Notes under the pieces: model-generated
What the model was told of the DNA's origin: nothing
The model's input: only the letters and a program-made list of their open reading frames with translations
Databases searched by the model: none
Shown: positions 59,534 to 64,000 of the stretch, piece after piece
How the letters are laid out: every line of letters starts with the position of its first letter
Position numbering within the stretch: the first letter of the stretch is position 1
Program-made: the position numbers and the translations under genes
NCBI GenBank assembly: GCA_937930175.1
Contig: CALGLP010000013.1
Location: forward strand, 203,764 to 267,763
Length of the DNA stretch: 64,000 bases
Direction: 5' to 3'
Source of the DNA: an uncultured bacterium
GTDB taxonomy: Bacteria > Omnitrophota > Gorgyraeia > Zapsychrales > Aceulaceae

Positions 59534-59562
59534 TTATATAAATACATATTAAATTTAAAAGT

Positions 59563-60021
59563 ATGAAAATCGTCCTTCAAAGAGTTAAAGAAGCATCGGT
59601 AACCGTCAGCGGTCAGACTGTGGGCCGCATTGGTCATGGTCTTTTGGTTTTTCTAGCCATTGCCAAGGACGACACAGTGGCTGATATTGATTATTTTGTT
59701 AAAAAGCTCGTCGAGCTTCGTATTTTTGAAGATGCGCAAGGAAAAATGAACTGCTCTATTGTTGAGGCAGGTGGAGAGTTTTTGGTTGTTTCCCAGTTTA
59801 CACTTTTAGGTGACTGCGAAAAGGGGAGGCGCCCCTCGTTTGATAAGGCCGCGGATCCACAAAAAGGTGAAGAATTTTATCATGCCTTTGTCGAAGCCCT
59901 CAGGGTTTCGGGCCAAAAGGTGCAAACCGGCCAATTCCGCGCGATGATGGATGTCGCGCTTGTCAACGACGGGCCGGTGACGTTTATTTTGGAGAGCAAG
60001 TTTAAGGAAAGAACACTTTAA
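59563..60021 (+). CDS. dtd: D-aminoacyl-tRNA deacylase
   Basis: MKIVLQRV start, SQFTL, and the NDGPVT signature near the C-terminus. Confidence 0.9.
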   Translation: MKIVLQRVKEASVTVSGQTVGRIGHGLLVFLAIAKDDTVADIDYFVKKLVELRIFEDAQGKMNCSIVEAGGEFLVVSQFTLLGDCEKGRRPSFDKAADPQKGEEFYHAFVEALRVSGQKVQTGQFRAMMDVALVNDGPVTFILESKFKERTL

Positions 60022-60081
60022 GCGGAAGGCTTAGCGGGTATAGAGGATTGATAGAGATTTTCTTGGATTTTTATTGAGGAC

Positions 60082-60570
60082 ATGATGAAAGAGAAGAGAT
60101 CTTTAGGCGTGACAATCTTTGCTATGGGATATTTTTATATCTCAGCCATGTTTTTTGTATTTTTGTTTGATATGTTTTTCGAAACATTTGCCAGAGAATT
60201 TGGCGAAATGCTGGTTGTTACGGCGCATAGTTTTTTATTGGTTTTTCAGTTTAATGGAATTTCTTTTCTAATAAGTTCGGCAATCTTTCTGCCACCATCC
60301 ATTTTATTTTTTGTCCTAGGAAGAGGAATGTGGAAAATGGAGCAATGGTCAGTCAAGCTTTCGTTTTTTGCTAATATTCTTGGGATCATCGGCTTTCCAA
60401 TGCTATCTTTCCTTTCCGTGTTTGATGCAGATCCACGTGATTGGCATGTTCGTGTGATTCTTGTTCACGGCGTTTTATCCACGATTTTTTCTATCATTGC
60501 TTTGATCTACTTTTCATTTTTAAACATAAGAAGAAAATTTGAAAGGAATAATTTTGGGGCTGGCCTATGA
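60082..60570 (+). CDS. hypothetical 4-5 TM membrane protein
   Basis: Hydrophobic profile only. Translationally coupled (ATGA) to tatD. Confidence 0.45.
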   Translation: MMKEKRSLGVTIFAMGYFYISAMFFVFLFDMFFETFAREFGEMLVVTAHSFLLVFQFNGISFLISSAIFLPPSILFFVLGRGMWKMEQWSVKLSFFANILGIIGFPMLSFLSVFDADPRDWHVRVILVHGVLSTIFSIIALIYFSFLNIRRKFERNNFGAGL

Positions 60571-61337
60571 TCTCCCTCATCGACACCCACGCACATCTGG
60601 ACGGTATGGATGATGTTGACGCAGGGCTTGCTGCGGCAGCGCAGGCTGGTGTCAGCGGTGTCGTGGCCGTGGGTGTTGATCTGGCGGCCAATCGCATCGG
60701 CCTTGAGATTAAGAAAAGAACTCAAGCGCCAGTAGTTTCTTTAGCGTTCGGCATTCATCCGGGTAACATCATTCCCGAGCAAATCGACGAGACGCTTGAA
60801 TTTACCAAGGATCATCGGGCGGATATTGTGGCCATTGGTGAGATTGGACTTGATTATTGGTATCCGTGGGTCAAGAAGGATGATGAAAAAAAACAAGAGC
60901 AATTAAAGGTTTTTCAGCTACAATTAGATTTAGCTAAAGCCTTAGGCCTTCCTGTGGTTGTACATAGTCGTGGGGCATGGGCTGACTGTCTTGCGATGGT
61001 CAAAGCTGTGGGCCTTAAAATAGCTGTCTTTCATTGGTATAGTGGGCCGACGGATGTTCTTAAAGGTATTCTTGAGTGTGGCTATTTTATTTCAGCGACA
61101 CCAGCCTTGAACCATAGTCCGCAACTGCAAGAAGCTGTCAAGCAAGCGCCGATCGAGCAGACCTTGATCGAAACTGATAGCCCGGTCGTATATCGGTTAG
61201 GCGATGGAAAAAGTTTTAAGGCGGGCCCCAAAGATGTTTTTTATACCCTGGACCTGTATGCTAAGATCAAGGGCGTCGATAAAGAAGAGGCCTCTTTCAT
61301 TTTAAACAATAACGCTAAAAAAGTTTTTGGATTATGA
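60567..61337 (+). CDS. tatD: TatD-family metal-dependent deoxyribonuclease
   Basis: IDTHAHLD start and the TIM-barrel His/Glu/Asp ligand pattern. 256 aa. Confidence 0.9.
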   Translation: MISLIDTHAHLDGMDDVDAGLAAAAQAGVSGVVAVGVDLAANRIGLEIKKRTQAPVVSLAFGIHPGNIIPEQIDETLEFTKDHRADIVAIGEIGLDYWYPWVKKDDEKKQEQLKVFQLQLDLAKALGLPVVVHSRGAWADCLAMVKAVGLKIAVFHWYSGPTDVLKGILECGYFISATPALNHSPQLQEAVKQAPIEQTLIETDSPVVYRLGDGKSFKAGPKDVFYTLDLYAKIKGVDKEEASFILNNNAKKVFGL

Positions 61338-62125
61338 ATCCTTTTCAAGTCGTAAGCAAGCAAATTATCGCCCAGGATATCAAACGTATGGATATTGCTG
61401 CGCCGGAGATCGCCAAGAGTGCGAGGCCAGGCCAATTTGTCCTTGTGATGGTGGACGCTGGATCTCTGCGATTGCCTCTGCCCATTGTTGAATCAAATCC
61501 GCAAAAGGGTTCGATTACCATTGTCTTTAAAGAGGAAAGCTTGTCGGAAAAGAAATTGGGAAGCCTCTCCATTGGTCAGGGCCTTTATGTTGTGATGGGG
61601 CCTTTGGGCAATCCAGCCTTGCCTCAAGAGGTGGGGACAAGCGTTTGTATTGGCTATGAGGTTGGCATTGCGCGGATTATTTCAGTGAGTCGTTATTTGC
61701 ACAAAGAAGGAACTAGGAATTTTGGCATTCTTGGCGCGGCGACGAAGCGAAGCTTGATCATGGAATCACAGATGCGTTTATCTTCTCAGAGTATTTTTGT
61801 GATGAGCGAGGATGGGTCTGTTGGGAAGAAAGGTTTTGTTACCGACGCGCTTTACGATGTCCTTGGCCGATACCCTGTTGATCATATTTTTGTTGCCGCA
61901 CCTTCCAAAGTGATTCAAGAAGTCCTTCGCGTTGTGGGCGATCCGAAGATCAAGATCAAGGCGGTGATGCCGCCCTTGGCCTTAAGCGGGATAGGGCTTT
62001 GTGGCAGTGATCAAATAAAAGTTAATCATGCCTATGTTGCCGTGTCGCTCGATGGACCGATTTTTGACGCGCGGGACATCGATTTTAATCTTTATGATGC
62101 AAGGCTAAAACGAATTTATGGCTAA
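61334..62125 (+). CDS. PyrK/SudB/NfnA-like ferredoxin-NADP reductase-type subunit (Cys-poor)
   Basis: FAD-binding beta-barrel plus NAD-binding fold (GQFVLV, GYEVGIARIISV). The C-terminal region lacks the usual 2Fe-2S Cys cluster. Confidence 0.6.
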   Translation: MNPFQVVSKQIIAQDIKRMDIAAPEIAKSARPGQFVLVMVDAGSLRLPLPIVESNPQKGSITIVFKEESLSEKKLGSLSIGQGLYVVMGPLGNPALPQEVGTSVCIGYEVGIARIISVSRYLHKEGTRNFGILGAATKRSLIMESQMRLSSQSIFVMSEDGSVGKKGFVTDALYDVLGRYPVDHIFVAAPSKVIQEVLRVVGDPKIKIKAVMPPLALSGIGLCGSDQIKVNHAYVAVSLDGPIFDARDIDFNLYDARLKRIYG

Positions 62126-63512
62126 TTTGCGAAAAAATGAATTTTCTGTGCAACCGGTTGCAAAACGCCTTAAGAATTTTTCTGAAGTGGCGTTGGGCTT
62201 GACCAAGGCGCAGGCCATGGTGGAGTGTCAGCGTTGTCCGCAGTGTTCCACCCCAGAGTGTGTGCAGGCTTGTCCTCTGGGCGTGGATATTCCAGGTTTT
62301 ATTCGTATGATCCGTGAAGGTGATTTTGCTGGCGCTTTGCAGAAAATTCGTGAGAATAATAGTTTGGCAGGAATTTGCGGGCGGACATGTTCGGCGCCAT
62401 GCGAGATTGCGTGTATTTTAAATCGTGAGAAAAATCCTCAGCCGATCGCGATCCGAAGCCTTGAGCGAGTTGCCTTTGATCATGGCCAGGGGAAGTCGCG
62501 GGAAATATTGAATGCGCAACGGACCAACAAAACAGGAAAAAAAGTCGCCATCATTGGCTCAGGGCCTGTAGGGCTGATGGCGGGTGCGAATTTGCTCGAA
62601 GATGGTCATGACGTTGTGATCCTTGAGGCCTTGCAGAAAAATGGAGGATTTTTGCAGTATGGCATTCCTGAGTTTCGGTTGCCTAAAAAAGTGCTTGAGG
62701 CAGAGCTTGCCTATGTTTCTTCGCTGGGTGTTGTGCTTAAACATAATGTTATCGTGGGGCAAACAGAAACCTTGGTTCAGCTTTTTGACCAAGGTTTTGA
62801 TGCTGTGTTGCTGGCAACGGGCCTTTGTTTTAATCAAGATCTTGAATTTTTGAGTTGTGAAGCCCAAGGCGTTCTTGCCTCGCAAGAATTTTTATTCCGG
62901 ATGAATTTTATGAATGCTCATTTACATCCTAAGGTGATGATGACTCCCGGTGTCGGAGAGAAGGTGGCGATTGTGGGTTCTGGATTTGATGCGGTAGATT
63001 GCGCGCGCTTAGCTTTGCGCCTTGGAAAGAAGGTTACTCTTGTTCATGACTCTAGCGAAGAGGATTTACAAGTTTTTTCTGTCGATAAACTTTTTGCGCA
63101 ACAAGAAGGCCTTGTTCTGGAAACTTTCGCAAAGCCATTAGAGATTGTGAAGGATGCGCACGCAGCTGTGCGAGGCCTGCGTTGTGTGCGGGTTGATTTT
63201 GCGGATAAGGATGGCGCCTGGAAGCTCCTTGCGGTTAAAGATTCTGAATTTGTTGTTGAAGCGGATACTGTGATCGTTTCGGGTTTGTACAAAGCGAATT
63301 GCTTGATCGCGAATTTTACTCCGGAGCTTAAGGTTAATCGTCAAGGATTTCTCACTCTTAAGAAAAATCAACGCATGACGACCATCCCTAAGGTTTTTGC
63401 CGCCGGTGGCGTGGCCCAAGGAATCCTGCCTTTGGTTGAGGCCTTGGCCGATGGAAAAAAAGTTGCTGAAGAGATCGATGCCTTTCTTCAAGGCCGGGGA
63501 AACAAGAAATGA
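62118..63512 (+). CDS. glutamate synthase small subunit-like / NfnB-SudA-type FAD, [4Fe-4S] NAD(P)H oxidoreductase
   Basis: N-terminal Cys clusters C-x2-C-x4-C-x3-C and C-x3-C-x3-C, and two Rossmann GxGxxG motifs (GSGPVGL, GSGFDAVD). Confidence 0.85.
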   Translation: MANLRKNEFSVQPVAKRLKNFSEVALGLTKAQAMVECQRCPQCSTPECVQACPLGVDIPGFIRMIREGDFAGALQKIRENNSLAGICGRTCSAPCEIACILNREKNPQPIAIRSLERVAFDHGQGKSREILNAQRTNKTGKKVAIIGSGPVGLMAGANLLEDGHDVVILEALQKNGGFLQYGIPEFRLPKKVLEAELAYVSSLGVVLKHNVIVGQTETLVQLFDQGFDAVLLATGLCFNQDLEFLSCEAQGVLASQEFLFRMNFMNAHLHPKVMMTPGVGEKVAIVGSGFDAVDCARLALRLGKKVTLVHDSSEEDLQVFSVDKLFAQQEGLVLETFAKPLEIVKDAHAAVRGLRCVRVDFADKDGAWKLLAVKDSEFVVEADTVIVSGLYKANCLIANFTPELKVNRQGFLTLKKNQRMTTIPKVFAAGGVAQGILPLVEALADGKKVAEEIDAFLQGRGNKK

Positions 63513-64000
63513 TGAGGCAGCTTAACGCTAAAGAATTTCTTTTAAAGAAAAAGAAACACCAGAAGCTTGCCTTACTCACGGCCTATGATTATGCCTTTGC
63601 TAAGATGATCGACGAAGCAGGTATAGACATCATCTTGGTGGGTGATTCTTTGGCTAATGTTGTTTTAGGTCTTGACTCAACCAAGGATGTTACCATGGAG
63701 CAGATGATTTATCATGCCAAGGCGGTTGCGCGAGGGGTCAAGAAGGCCGTTATTATTGGGGATATGCCGTTTGAAGCTTATCAGAAAAATCCTAAAGACG
63801 CGGTAAAGAATGCCAGGCGTTTTATAGGCGAGGCGGGATGTCATGGGGTTAAGATTGAGTGGTTTAAAGATTGTTTGGGTGTTGTGCGAAATATTATCAA
63901 GGCTGGAATTCCCGTGATGGGACATGTGGGGCTCACGCCGCAAACAGCTCAAGCCTTGGGTGGCTTTAAGGTTCAGGGCAGGGATGCGGATTCCGCGAAG
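63509..64000 (+). CDS. panB: 3-methyl-2-oxobutanoate hydroxymethyltransferase (3' end outside window)
   Basis: Translation MMRQLNAKEFLLKKKKHQKLALLTAYDYAFAKMIDEAGIDIILVGDSLANVVLG...GDMPF matches PanB. Runs off the window end, so it is absent from the ORF table. Confidence 0.85.
   Translation, partial: MMRQLNAKEFLLKKKKHQKLALLTAYDYAFAKMIDEAGIDIILVGDSLANVVLGLDSTKDVTMEQMIYHAKAVARGVKKAVIIGDMPFEAYQKNPKDAVKNARRFIGEAGCHGVKIEWFKDCLGVVRNIIKAGIPVMGHVGLTPQTAQALGGFKVQGRDADSAK

Noticed and set aside
59364-59552. 62-aa + strand ORF in the helicase/dtd intergenic region
   Set aside because: It spans the nested hairpins and the dtd promoter, has no SD and has a low-complexity hydrophobic tail. The region is better explained as RNA structure plus promoter.

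Overview
The window reads as a compact, gene-dense bacterial chromosomal segment, about 45% GC, with many 4-nt ATGA/GTGA start/stop overlaps. Lineage is inferred from gene content only: diderm (LPS-heptose gmhA/rfaE and lipid A LpxL genes are present), probably an uncultivated lineage. It opens in the conserved ribosomal-protein cluster (adk, map, infA, rpmJ, rpsM, rpsK, rpsD, rpoA, rplQ). After that it runs through mostly + strand housekeeping genes: an aminotransferase, pilT, an IDH-family gene, lipB with a free-standing lipoyl-domain gene, a glycolipid/lipid A glycosyltransferase cluster, an FGE-domain secreted protein, aroQ, pepP, efp, accBC, Asp23/AmaP, pfk, gmhA, the rfaE adenylyltransferase domain and tRNA-Gly(CCC). 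Next comes a tightly overlapping nucleotide-hydrolase operon: a DUF234-type AAA ATPase, a YfcE-like phosphoesterase, a HIT hydrolase, a dGTPase and a GAF-HD-GYP protein. It is followed by SPOR, M50, aroB, a divergent ExeA/GspB-like pair, two PilZ genes flanking a zinc-ribbon mini-ORF, rluA-family, MazG-like, uvrB, coaX, a CIRCE-controlled groES-groEL, and a terminator-flanked ppnP unit. The window continues with CBS-less guaB and guaA bracketed by a perfect 20-bp inverted repeat, dnaE, hup, hisS, a type-2 aspS, phoH/7TM-HD/ybeY, recO, a minus-strand Hel308-like Ski2 helicase, dtd, tatD, an NfnAB/GltD-like pair and partial panB. I found no CRISPR array, transposase, integrase or rRNA. Functions are assigned from motifs I can read in the translations. 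Nothing was searched against a database.
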